Under the pieces are notes generated by a model that was given only the letters and a program-made list of their open reading frames with translations, was not told the DNA's origin and ran no database searches. A program made the position numbers and the translations under genes. Shown here in pieces: positions 41,301 through 48,174 of a stretch of 64,000 nucleotides of DNA. The DNA is from Candidatus Altimarinota bacterium (GTDB taxonomy: Bacteria > Patescibacteriota > Gracilibacteria > UBA1369): the NCBI GenBank assembly GCA_963677745.1, contig OY782391.1:640001-704000 (forward strand), given 5' to 3'. How positions within the stretch are numbered: the first letter of the stretch is position 1; every line of letters begins with the position of its first letter.

Positions 41301-44300
41301 GTACCAATTTCTATAACGGCGTCATTCCTGTTACCGCTTTTATTGGATCGGAAGAATGCACCACCACCACCTACGTTAGTCCGACTCAGGTAACTTGCGA
41401 AGTACCGCCCGCCAACCCCTCCGCCGAAGGACCTGTCAGCGTTTACGTTTCGACCGAGTCCGGAGCCGGCACACCTCTGGATAACGCTTTCATTTACAAT
41501 AATTACGGCCTCCCGACGGTTACCGGACTGTTGAACAACTTCGGTACCAGTTTGGTCCAGTTAAGGGGAGAAACCGCTTATACAGACTACATCAACAACA
41601 CCAGCAATGTGCCCTTGAATCTCTCCCACGTTTCCTCGCCGCCTGCACTTCCTTATACTGATGCTTACTACACCAACTACGCCCCTGCCCAAAGTACCGG
41701 ATCCGTCACTCTGGGTATACCGCGGTTAGTCAGAAGCCACACGTACAGCCTTACTATGGATGGCGGAACTGCTTATGATGAAACAGGAGTAGTCTGGATC
41801 GACCTCAATCAAAATAATATTTTTGAGCACCCCGACGAAGCCTTGGCCACTGGTTATATCTGGTTGGCCGGCAATTTGACTACCACCATCACTATCCCGG
41901 CAACTGCCCAACTTGGTGAAACCCGAATGAGGACTATCAGCGGTAACCTCTGGTCTACTCCCTATGGTCCCAACCAGTATGGCGAAGTTGAAGACTATCG
42001 TGTGATGCTCCTATCTCAACCCACTCCGACTGTAACTGACATTTCTCCCAACTACGGTCCACCCAGTTTGGCAACCTCTGACATAACAATTACCGGCACC
42101 AATTTTGACAGCGGAGCCAAAGTAAAAATCGGTACAGAATATGCCACGGACGTCACCGTTGTTGATTCTGCACATATCACCGCCACTACCCCGGCTTTGG
42201 CAGTCGGAGATTATGAGGTGCAGGTAGAACAGGCCGATGGTACAGCTTCCAACATACTGTCCGGAGCGGAAGGCTTCCATGTTCTGGGAGCCCCCACGGT
42301 TTCCAGTATCACTCCCGATGAAGTGGCCGCCGACACCCCCGCCCTGATCGCCACTATCACCGGCGAAAATTTCTACACCACCGACCAATATCCCGTCTCC
42401 ATCAGCGTCGGCGGCCAGCCCTGTGATATCGGAGTAGATGTTCAAAACGCACAAACTATCGTCTGCGAATACAGCAGTCCGGCCACTCCCGGCGTCTATG
42501 ATGTATCTGTTACGACAGGCAGCGACACCGGCACCGGCAATGATTTACTGACTGTCTACGGAGCCCCGACCATCAGCTCGATTGCCCTTGATTACGGGTC
42601 TACCAACGGTGGTGAAACCGTCATCATCACGGGTACCAATTTCTTCCCCGCAGGAGGCAGTCCTGACGTTTATTTCGGCCACTCTCCGGGCGATCTCACC
42701 CCGGCCCCCACCACCCATGTGGACAGTGATACGCAGATCACAGCAACCACACCTGGAGGACGCGGCGTCGGACTGGTTGATGTTCTGGTTACCACCGATG
42801 CCGGCACAGCTACCCTTACTGACGGATATGAATTCCTCCCCCACCCCATCAATATCGACAGCTCAACTTTAACTTCCTACAGCGCCCGGATCGAACCTAT
42901 CAATACCGCCAGCTATAGTTATGCCAATTTCAACCCAGTTAATGAAGACTTTGTAAAAGTCACTCTCTATGAAGAGGGTTCCGGCAATCCGGCTATCGGC
43001 AGAAAAGTAACCTTGTTTGCCAACCCGTCTGCCGGTATCGAAATGCTGATTGCCGACTGCAGAGATCCCCGCCATGCAATCGACGCGACAGAAGCCACTA
43101 CGGACTCACTGGGAACAGGCTGTTTCCGTGTACACAAATCAGGGGTAGCAGACTTTGACATCTCTACGGTCACTTTGAGTGCAACCGTTACCAATGGTAA
43201 TTATAGCGAAGACGCCACTCTTAGCACCACCCGTGAGCTTGAAATCGGGCCTTTTTCTGCCACCTCCACCCTCAATTACCGCTATCGCAATGACGACGGC
43301 TCTGACCTGACGGCAAGCGCTATCGCCGACACCGATGTTCCTTTCTACAACGCCGTCACCAATACGGCTTTCCGACTGCGTTTTGGCCTGACCAGAAATG
43401 TTCCTTCGGGCACCGACAGCATGAGATTTGATGAATTTTCACCAACCACCTCAGTTCAGTATTCAGCCGGAACCGGCTATCTGCCTGCCTCTTTCAAAGC
43501 TTTTGCGGGTGGTTATGCGGTCAATGAAAATAACAACAAACTGTACGTAATCACGCCTTATGAGGAATTAACCAAGACTCATGTCTTCAAATTTGACCTG
43601 AATGACCTGAGTCAGTCCCCCACCTCTTTTGAATTCCCGCCGGTGGTAAACGGTTCCTTGCCTTATGGAGACAGAATCGATGCTCCGATAACTTCGACTA
43701 CCCATAACGTCACCAGAACCTTTATCGACCCGGACAACAACCTGATGTATTTCGTACTTACTCCTTACTTCGCCGACGCTCCCAACCACAGCATCAGAGT
43801 CTACAAAGTGAATCTGACCACCGAAACGGTTGTCGATGTCTTCGAAGAACCTTCGGATCTGCTTGATAACAAGAGCTCAATCTCCTATGATTCGGAAATC
43901 GATCTGACCAACGGTTTCCTCTATCTGACCATCTCCGGAAACGAAGCCCAGGAAGAAAAAAACGCCCGCGTCATGAAGATCAAACTTAACGGGCCGGCCC
44001 AGGCTATGACCGAAGTGGGTCAACTGGTATTGGGAAGTGCCAGCAGGGAAATAACTTCCTCCGTCATCGACCTGACTAATCAATATTTGTACGTCACCAC
44101 CGAGATGCCGCAAAAGATCGTCAAGATCGACCTGGATGTCTCCCCCACCCTTCCTCCCGTCGTTACGGACGAAATCACTCTGGTACCAATTCCTTCGGAA
44201 AGTCCCAATGAAACAGTCGGCTACCAGTCCGCGGTTATCGATACAGTAGAAGGCTATGCCTATTTTGCCTCCTCCACCAACTTCCTGGGAGCCGGATATG

Positions 44301-46093
44301 ACGATATACAAAGAGCCTTCATCACCAAGGTGGACACCGATCCAAACCGCACCTTCGAGGTCGTTTCCAGATTGAATATTGCCCCCTCTTCCCCCACTTC
44401 CGATGATATGACCTACGCCAATTTTATATATTGGCCCAACGAATATGCTCCCAATGAATATGCTTTGGAAAACATTTTCCCGGCCGCTTCCATCGACACC
44501 ACCAACGGCTATGCCTATTTCCCGGCCACCCGCCTGAACCAGCCCCGGGCACTGGGTTTCCACAAAATCATCCGCATCCATCTGTCCGACTTCACCCGCA
44601 AATCATTCAACGATGAAATGATTTTCAGTGACGACAGCGCCCACCTCATCAAAGGAACCATCTTCCGCCCGTCCACCGGCCGCGGCTATCTGATCAGACC
44701 TTCCGTCAGCCCGGATTATGAAACCCTCACCGAGTGGAACTCCACCAGCCGCCAGAATCTCAAACTGCAGGTGGCACAAGCCTTAGACAACCAATATTGT
44801 AACTACGACAATTACAACTCTTACGTCTGGAACGACCTTCCCAACGCCGACTTTAGTATTTCAGACTCAACCTACTTTAGCGATGGTGCAGCCACATCCA
44901 ACGTCACAGGCCTGCTCTACGATAATAATGACTCGTTTGTGCCGGGCCAGCTTAAGGACAGCAGCTCCACCACTTCACGGATCTCACTGGGCAAAAACCA
45001 GTTCTCGGAAATAGAATACTCTCTCAAACCGACTGCCGGCGCCGAGGGTTCCTATTGTTTCCGCCTGATCGACGCTGATCCCCAAACCGACAATCAGGTC
45101 GGCAGAAACCCCAACCTAGTCTATACGCTCACCGGAAGCAACTATGACCCGACCAATTATAATATTTATCCTGCCTTATCAGTCGGCGGACTTATTCTGA
45201 GTAAAACTTCCATCAATCTGATCGAAGGAACCACCACCGACAGTTATGGAATCAAGTTGGCCCAAGCCCCCTCCTCCACTGTAACCGTGTCGGTCAACGC
45301 CGATGACAGCAGATTAATCCTCTCCCCCGACTCAACCCCCGGAACTCCCACCGAGACCTCCCTCACCTTCACCACCGGCAATTGGGACACCTACCAATAC
45401 ATCACCGTCTCCGCAATTAACAACGGCACCGCCGAAGGAACAACCACCGGTCTGATTAATCACACCGTCACCGGCGCCGACGCCAAGTTCAACAACATTA
45501 TTGCCAGCCCGGTTCAATCCGTACTCACCGATTATGGCTCCTCCTCGGCCAATGTGTTAGCCACCATTACCGGCGACGCCACCTTCACCCCGCCGGACAA
45601 TTTCTCCTTCCCGGAAGCCTACAGTGGACAGGTCACGCCCAACTTCTCCCCTGCTCTCAACCTGAGCTTCTCTGAAACCCGCGGCCCCTCCCTTGATTAT
45701 GTTTTGACTATGCAAACGGACGGTTTCTGCAAATCCGCCGGCGTCTGCATACCGCTTAATCGCGTCTTCACGGCCACCGCCAATCTGGTCAATATTTACA
45801 ACACCTTCAATCCGGCCCAAATCAGTCAATTCATCTCCAATTATCTGCAGGACGGAGAAAACTTAACCAACCGCTCCACCTACGTTCACGGAAATCCATC
45901 CGAAGACCGTCCTCTTTCCTCCCCCATCACCCTGATCGACACCAGAAACGTCCCCAGCGGCAACAGTAATAACCCGCTGCAGGGAGACCTGTCATTCACG
46001 CTGCATTTGATGATTGATTATGGAAGTTTCAACATTCCGTCACTCGGCACCTACATCACCACACTGGTTTTCGATTTCAACACCAATCCGTAA
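32312..46093 (+). CDS. Giant 4593-aa surface protein: N-terminal TM, DNRLRE-like region, many IPT/TIG domains, five GEVED domains, beta-propeller-like region, Calx-beta-like domain, WxL-like C-terminus
   Basis: RNETTKHYQNPDG/RQFPVVVDP; repeated PT(V/I)T..SP..G....ITGTNF; W(I/L)D(x)N...G.TRMRV...GE(F/T/V)EDY five times; LTFTTGNWDTYQ; ends LGTYITTLVFDFNTNP. Confidence 0.88.
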   Translation: MRRKRAPSIIFKKGRFWLYFSLVFVVLIFVLSAIFGHLAPLTIPQEEQPSSQNLSSETGLPKLKPEDELQDLRNETTKHYQNPDGSITAVISAAPVHYKDGEEWKDIVLDIEQNTSATHPDYAFASVKNETKRFYSASSGAQGLMIDFGEEVFKDWINPEMLWLNSKGETIKRVKGNIVKGVASSKSINYPMVYPSSDVTFEQSPQNRKMDVVLKDKSALADMPADASEVAYCEEMIVPQGWTYQTKTESENPKIIRDINFTNKDSKAAVNLYAPEIYEQNDPEHVIYGRYTLRQNGNAITICKVAPTDWLKAPERQFPVVVDPNLYASGSIYTGTTSSAGDKWTGDLDVGCWGSCTPTRRGYAYFDTSSIMTGASVTSSNLALAPRQNPASTMYVFFYVMSLNPLTATGTQIYNDTSRSYGIDTGITHLTTATLNSYLSMTLNANGISYLESSFSSPNYYAANIYSSTNSTYARYDRYDSGFSPRLYVWYTLPTIAVTATSSYWNGTNYWVKSGDNITVNGTTIGAGTCYVYWDTDETAVGTGGVTWSDTCDGTYVAPSSTTSNSPYYVCIRAYDAGVTSYTNYICDEMYYDSIAPTLTSVAVNNGAANSGQTVNVNLTGEADANSGLGTGAQIRLSCNGSTWSAYTYSDPSPNFDTQTGAGCVAGFGTKTIYVQIRDAAGNWSATRSDSIVTWDAPTVTGISPNIGPYDGGNTVTVTGTNFYTGAILWIDTGSNNSNSCTVNTSASMTCTLNSYTGATGTYGIWVVTHLTSATLPSAYTYMGAPTISTGSDSPRPFVPYFGRLSPNPETSIVITGTNFYNGSTNARVKYSDIQSGLPMDCATVTVVNTTTITCSKNFSVEGPVTNWAVQTDSGITATVPNGWYSSNYTLPAVTNATGYSGMGIANVNLIGDTTQTLRINNSTSTPNALVHNSTPPSFPWSTAFYTHYGPVQSGTPPSSTLGIPILKTYTSYPISITGGASYRMKVAVWIDINRDNDFADSGEMVLAYTDIGSVGGTLSTSISLPIIISAGQTRMRVGSEYYNRTGETTGNGPNDFGEFEDYYVTLQNQAAPTITSVSPDKGPLAGNTLTIVGTGFQTGANVYIGTLGDNNNKADPVIIQKNYPSLGIDTITAVIGPGTLVSGTTYNVYVQNSDLQYGTKTLSYTPYSAPTITAVNPYFGLTGTSLSITGTNFYDNSSVTASATLNGGAISCSRNSMSTTTYSCNAGSYTPANLYTGANPFNVSITTASGSVNSTGAAFNYSQYTLPTHTASGLNIGITNVALTGESPTALNQPSWAPPSITPSGSPASLPNISGTNAYFTNYAPGQSGGNIPNLKRYGTYNLNITGTADYYNLGAAWIDYNRDYDFGETDEDVVTGAYISGATASTPVTVPGTAGLGQTRLRVCSGNSACDASGNGPTAWGETEDYVVNIQAGDAPTLSAISPSEGPANQAYSVSITGTNLHSGATVYFGGNGATGVTVQEDYPVDGTDTITATTPSLAAGIYNVTVTNNDSQSATLTNSYRAWGAPALTSLNGNAFTEAYYGVPAGGNTINIYGNNFYTNLVNPIQAAIGGNACTNLTFVDSTRVTCVVPTGSGEGIVNVTVTTGPSNTATLTNGYAYNNYGLPHVSDTSHLLGISLVQLRGETGYTDYINNTSNTVWNLSHSSSPPALPYITPYFTNYTPSQITGNSTLGIPRLIRNHTYSMTLDGGTWAEQKGSVWLDSNHDNVYNQSGEILYNGAVIPVSGNVTFNVNIPANSQLGEARMRVGTDLYYFNVYGPTTYGEFEDYRVQILSQPTPTVTDVSPLEGASGAGSTVLTITGTNFESGAQVVMTRVGGGSGPYTYTPSSITSNSITVTVNNLASGDYDVSVVQADGTTGTRSNTFYAWPAATISDVTPNWQSTSGGGEIHISGDNFWGTISIMIGSTPCDYAWVDDLSSVYCDSAPALTAGTYDVSVTTGTNTAYAYGAITYYENPTVIAVDPNWQISSVGGGSLTITGTGFFPTGVRPANTVTIGGVDCSNTNISSSTTLTCTAPNLTAGTYNISVSTPVGTGTGTNLISYYSAPTVTSITQTHGPDDGGVTVDIYGTNFRAGDSSVTIGGNPATEIDVISNTHLTAVTPAGTAGAPVGITVTNSPDGQSGTLSSAYTYMDDPTFAGTTPFVPHAGPSNTGGTTITINGTNFYNIEGSTQTTISVGSGSCTGISINGAHTQLTCTLPSQTAGAKDIVLTTASGFAEAFGGYIYYDAPTITTVVPNALHTGALDSGVELTITGTNIYDSEGVSSAYVNIGGVSCDRRSMTEDTTFVCHPPDKGTDNDYTLMLYTRSGSDDYTIHYYDAPTVSSVEPDKGQAVGGDTVIITGTNFYDDGVAPTTVTTDAAGLVDFCVPASINILSSTEIQCTTEPGTGAVNIYVNTPSGQSAVLTSGYRYFAAPTVTSVTPSQGPIEGGQTITIAGTNFYDLASPVTTVTIGTAGCDDMVIAPTFDSLTCTTPANTAGTYNVTVTTPSGASNTNITYQYWGAPVINGLAPNGGPTGTSIEIAISGSNFYENYPPEHLTVTVGDVPCLSSSLQAWNHIHCTIPAFTGDPGSKAVVVTTPSGPSNSFYYTYYDAPTITRLTPISGAPAGNSQIYFYGTNFYDNLTYPISVLINNNPCQLLSVVSPTSLWCNIPAGTLLQVVDAAITTGSGTDTKTNAFVYDNYTAPLTYGTTNNMGLTRVALSGESSASLTLDNTSLTPDNLSHTSNPPSLSWPTPLYTNYVPVQSSSPPQSNLGVPVLERYGRYTFQAGKIYGADQHLGLWIDYNKNNSFADAGEFVLDDVHMGMGTTTYSTPIDIPAAAAIGTTRMRVGATATSENLRLGGYEGVAYGEFEDYLVNIQASSAPTITDFTPGVGPAAAGTAFTLTGTGIKPGARVYFDVYPGGPEATPSPITWMNDTTVTGFTPGLGSGTNHTVFIVNPDNQWASLSNAYLAYGLPTVTDLGYTYFDLPAGGTTININGTNFYNGVIPVTAFIGSEECTTTTYVSPTQVTCEVPPANPSAEGPVSVYVSTESGAGTPLDNAFIYNNYGLPTVTGLLNNFGTSLVQLRGETAYTDYINNTSNVPLNLSHVSSPPALPYTDAYYTNYAPAQSTGSVTLGIPRLVRSHTYSLTMDGGTAYDETGVVWIDLNQNNIFEHPDEALATGYIWLAGNLTTTITIPATAQLGETRMRTISGNLWSTPYGPNQYGEVEDYRVMLLSQPTPTVTDISPNYGPPSLATSDITITGTNFDSGAKVKIGTEYATDVTVVDSAHITATTPALAVGDYEVQVEQADGTASNILSGAEGFHVLGAPTVSSITPDEVAADTPALIATITGENFYTTDQYPVSISVGGQPCDIGVDVQNAQTIVCEYSSPATPGVYDVSVTTGSDTGTGNDLLTVYGAPTISSIALDYGSTNGGETVIITGTNFFPAGGSPDVYFGHSPGDLTPAPTTHVDSDTQITATTPGGRGVGLVDVLVTTDAGTATLTDGYEFLPHPINIDSSTLTSYSARIEPINTASYSYANFNPVNEDFVKVTLYEEGSGNPAIGRKVTLFANPSAGIEMLIADCRDPRHAIDATEATTDSLGTGCFRVHKSGVADFDISTVTLSATVTNGNYSEDATLSTTRELEIGPFSATSTLNYRYRNDDGSDLTASAIADTDVPFYNAVTNTAFRLRFGLTRNVPSGTDSMRFDEFSPTTSVQYSAGTGYLPASFKAFAGGYAVNENNNKLYVITPYEELTKTHVFKFDLNDLSQSPTSFEFPPVVNGSLPYGDRIDAPITSTTHNVTRTFIDPDNNLMYFVLTPYFADAPNHSIRVYKVNLTTETVVDVFEEPSDLLDNKSSISYDSEIDLTNGFLYLTISGNEAQEEKNARVMKIKLNGPAQAMTEVGQLVLGSASREITSSVIDLTNQYLYVTTEMPQKIVKIDLDVSPTLPPVVTDEITLVPIPSESPNETVGYQSAVIDTVEGYAYFASSTNFLGAGYDDIQRAFITKVDTDPNRTFEVVSRLNIAPSSPTSDDMTYANFIYWPNEYAPNEYALENIFPAASIDTTNGYAYFPATRLNQPRALGFHKIIRIHLSDFTRKSFNDEMIFSDDSAHLIKGTIFRPSTGRGYLIRPSVSPDYETLTEWNSTSRQNLKLQVAQALDNQYCNYDNYNSYVWNDLPNADFSISDSTYFSDGAATSNVTGLLYDNNDSFVPGQLKDSSSTTSRISLGKNQFSEIEYSLKPTAGAEGSYCFRLIDADPQTDNQVGRNPNLVYTLTGSNYDPTNYNIYPALSVGGLILSKTSINLIEGTTTDSYGIKLAQAPSSTVTVSVNADDSRLILSPDSTPGTPTETSLTFTTGNWDTYQYITVSAINNGTAEGTTTGLINHTVTGADAKFNNIIASPVQSVLTDYGSSSANVLATITGDATFTPPDNFSFPEAYSGQVTPNFSPALNLSFSETRGPSLDYVLTMQTDGFCKSAGVCIPLNRVFTATANLVNIYNTFNPAQISQFISNYLQDGENLTNRSTYVHGNPSEDRPLSSPITLIDTRNVPSGNSNNPLQGDLSFTLHLMIDYGSFNIPSLGTYITTLVFDFNTNP

Positions 46094-46105
46094 ACGATCT
46101 GAATC

Positions 46106-47308
46106 ATGCGTCTCTTCACTTCAAAATTAGAAAAACACCTCCAGCGCCCCGCACTGTTGCTGTCGGGCATTATCCTCATCAGTACACTGTTCTTCTCCTT
46201 CCCCGCACTCGCCCAAAACAACAATGCCTTGCAGGTATTACTTAATCCTGTGCAATCGACGCCGGGAACTTCCCCCGTGAAAAAACCTCCCCTCTCCTAC
46301 GAACTGAAACCCGGGAAATCATTGGAAGATGTTTTTACCATTCAGAACTTTTCATCGGGACAATCCTATAAATTCAGGGTCTATGCCGTGGACGCGATCC
46401 AGAGCAGCGATGGGGCATCGGGTTTCAAGCTGGAGGACAAAAAACAAAATCACGTCGGCGACTGGATAAAATTTAACCAAAAAGAAGTTGAAATCAAGCC
46501 GGGCGAAACAGCTCTCCTGCCCTACAGCCTGATAATCCCGACCAAAGTCACCCCCGGCACTTATCAGGGCGGACTGGTTGCCGAATTGATCAGCCGGAAC
46601 GACAATAAGACAACTGACGGTCAAAACACCGTAATTATTTCCACCAGACTGATAGAACCGGTCTATATCTCTATTCCCGGCAGAAAAACGGTTAAATACA
46701 ATCTTAATGATTTTTCCTATCAGCAGATTGGGGGGCTTCCCAGTTTTTACATGAGATTCTCCAATAATGGCAACGTCTTCCTCAAGACCTCCACCAAACT
46801 CAGCATACGGGGGACGCTCCTGGAAAAACCCTATCAGGTTGACCTGGCAGACTCTACCATCCTGCAGGGGGAAAGTCTGGAAAAAGTCTTCAAGTTTGAG
46901 AACCCACCCCTCTTTGGCGAATACAAAGCTGACCTGACCATGGAAATATCCGAATATAATGTCGCTAAAAACGAGTTAATGCCGCTTAACACCGTTACAA
47001 AAACTATCTCCTTTTATATTATTCCCTGGCACTGCCTGATCTTCCTGTTATTGTTGATAATCCTGCTCCCGGTCTGTGAATATCTGCGGCGCCGTTATTT
47101 CCGCGAAAATCCCCCCCTGACCTTTGGCCACCTGGTCAAAAAAGGTGAAACCGTCGTTTCTATCGCCGACCTGTATCAGATCAGCTGGAAAAAGATAATA
47201 AAATTGAATAAATTGGCCAAACCCTATACAATCAAACCTGGCCGTCTGCTGGAGCTACCCTTTCCAAAAACCGGGGAAGAATCCGTAAAGAAAAATCCCC
47301 CCTCCTGA
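46106..47308 (+). CDS. DUF916-like protein with TM and C-terminal LysM
   Basis: YELKPG, VYAVDA, VGDWIKF, IPTKVTPGTYQGGL, FSNNGNV; TM then RRR; LysM HLVKKGETVVSIADLY. Confidence 0.8.
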   Translation: MRLFTSKLEKHLQRPALLLSGIILISTLFFSFPALAQNNNALQVLLNPVQSTPGTSPVKKPPLSYELKPGKSLEDVFTIQNFSSGQSYKFRVYAVDAIQSSDGASGFKLEDKKQNHVGDWIKFNQKEVEIKPGETALLPYSLIIPTKVTPGTYQGGLVAELISRNDNKTTDGQNTVIISTRLIEPVYISIPGRKTVKYNLNDFSYQQIGGLPSFYMRFSNNGNVFLKTSTKLSIRGTLLEKPYQVDLADSTILQGESLEKVFKFENPPLFGEYKADLTMEISEYNVAKNELMPLNTVTKTISFYIIPWHCLIFLLLLIILLPVCEYLRRRYFRENPPLTFGHLVKKGETVVSIADLYQISWKKIIKLNKLAKPYTIKPGRLLELPFPKTGEESVKKNPPS

Positions 47309-47310
47309 TA

Positions 47311-47339
47311 TTGACAAATAAAGGGAATAAAGTTATTAT
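47311..47339 (+). promoter_or_regulatory. Near-consensus sigma70 promoter for the small WxL-like subunit
   Basis: TTGACA-N17-TATTAT. Confidence 0.8.
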
Positions 47340-47371
47340 GTTTAGAAGCTTTACAATTTAACAAAAAAAAT

Positions 47372-48010
47372 ATGAAAAAGCTCGCAACAATTTTAGCACT
47401 CACAGCAGTAGTCGCCAATCTGGGCGTCGCCGTAGTGTTTGCTCAGGAAAACGTAGCTGGAAGCCAGCTGATCGGCTGTGCCGATGCCGCAACCGGCCAG
47501 GCACTGGCAGTTAGCTGGACAGACGGCCCTGGTGCTCCGGTATCTTTCGAAGGCAAGTATACCAACTGGTTTGATGACGCTAATACCGATGCCGCTATCG
47601 TACTCGACACTTTCATCTACGTAGACACCACTGATGATCGTGGTTGGGATCCTGCTGGAGTAACCTGCGGAACAGGAGGACGTGTAGACATTAGTTCTCT
47701 GGGTCTGGATCATCCTACTGTCACCCAGAACCTCGCAATCGGTTTGGGCACTGTGACCGAAGGCGGCGATTTTACATGGCAGGGTGCTTCACATGATCCG
47801 GCAGATGTAGCCGAGGTCGTCGGTGTAGTACACGCTGCCGCCCAAGACCTTACAACCGCTTTACAAATGGTCACCTTTACCAAGGCTTGGTCCGGAACAG
47901 TTAGAATGACTTTTGATGGCAGTCAGTTACATGTAAATACTCCAACTACTCCAATTGCAGCCGGTACTTATACCGGAAACGTCACCTTCACTCTGGTTCC
48001 TGGAGTTTGA
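47372..48010 (+). CDS. Small secreted WxL-like protein, candidate major subunit
   Basis: Signal peptide (VFA-Q); VDTTDDRGW; C-terminus TPIAAGTYTGNVTFTLVPGV; two Cys; own promoter and terminator. Confidence 0.8.
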   Translation: MKKLATILALTAVVANLGVAVVFAQENVAGSQLIGCADAATGQALAVSWTDGPGAPVSFEGKYTNWFDDANTDAAIVLDTFIYVDTTDDRGWDPAGVTCGTGGRVDISSLGLDHPTVTQNLAIGLGTVTEGGDFTWQGASHDPADVAEVVGVVHAAAQDLTTALQMVTFTKAWSGTVRMTFDGSQLHVNTPTTPIAAGTYTGNVTFTLVPGV

Positions 48011-48040
48011 TCGATGATTTAAGAGTCTGAATAGACCATG

Positions 48041-48069
48041 AAAGAGAGGGGTAATTACCCCTCTCTTTT
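48041..48069 (+). terminator. Rho-independent terminator
   Basis: AAAGAGAGGGGT-AATT-ACCCCTCTCTTTT perfect inverted repeat followed by T-rich sequence. Confidence 0.88.
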
Positions 48070-48113
48070 CTTTTAAATTTCACAAAATCACCTTCCCCTG
48101 AATAAACCGTTCA

Positions 48114-48122
48114 TGTTATAAT
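48114..48122 (+). promoter_or_regulatory. Extended -10 promoter for the downstream part of the cluster
   Basis: TGTTATAAT (TGn-TATAAT) just after the terminator. Confidence 0.55.
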
Positions 48123-48174
48123 AATAGTGAATCCAAAATGTATTTTGAATAAAATAAAAATAAAACTAATCCCT

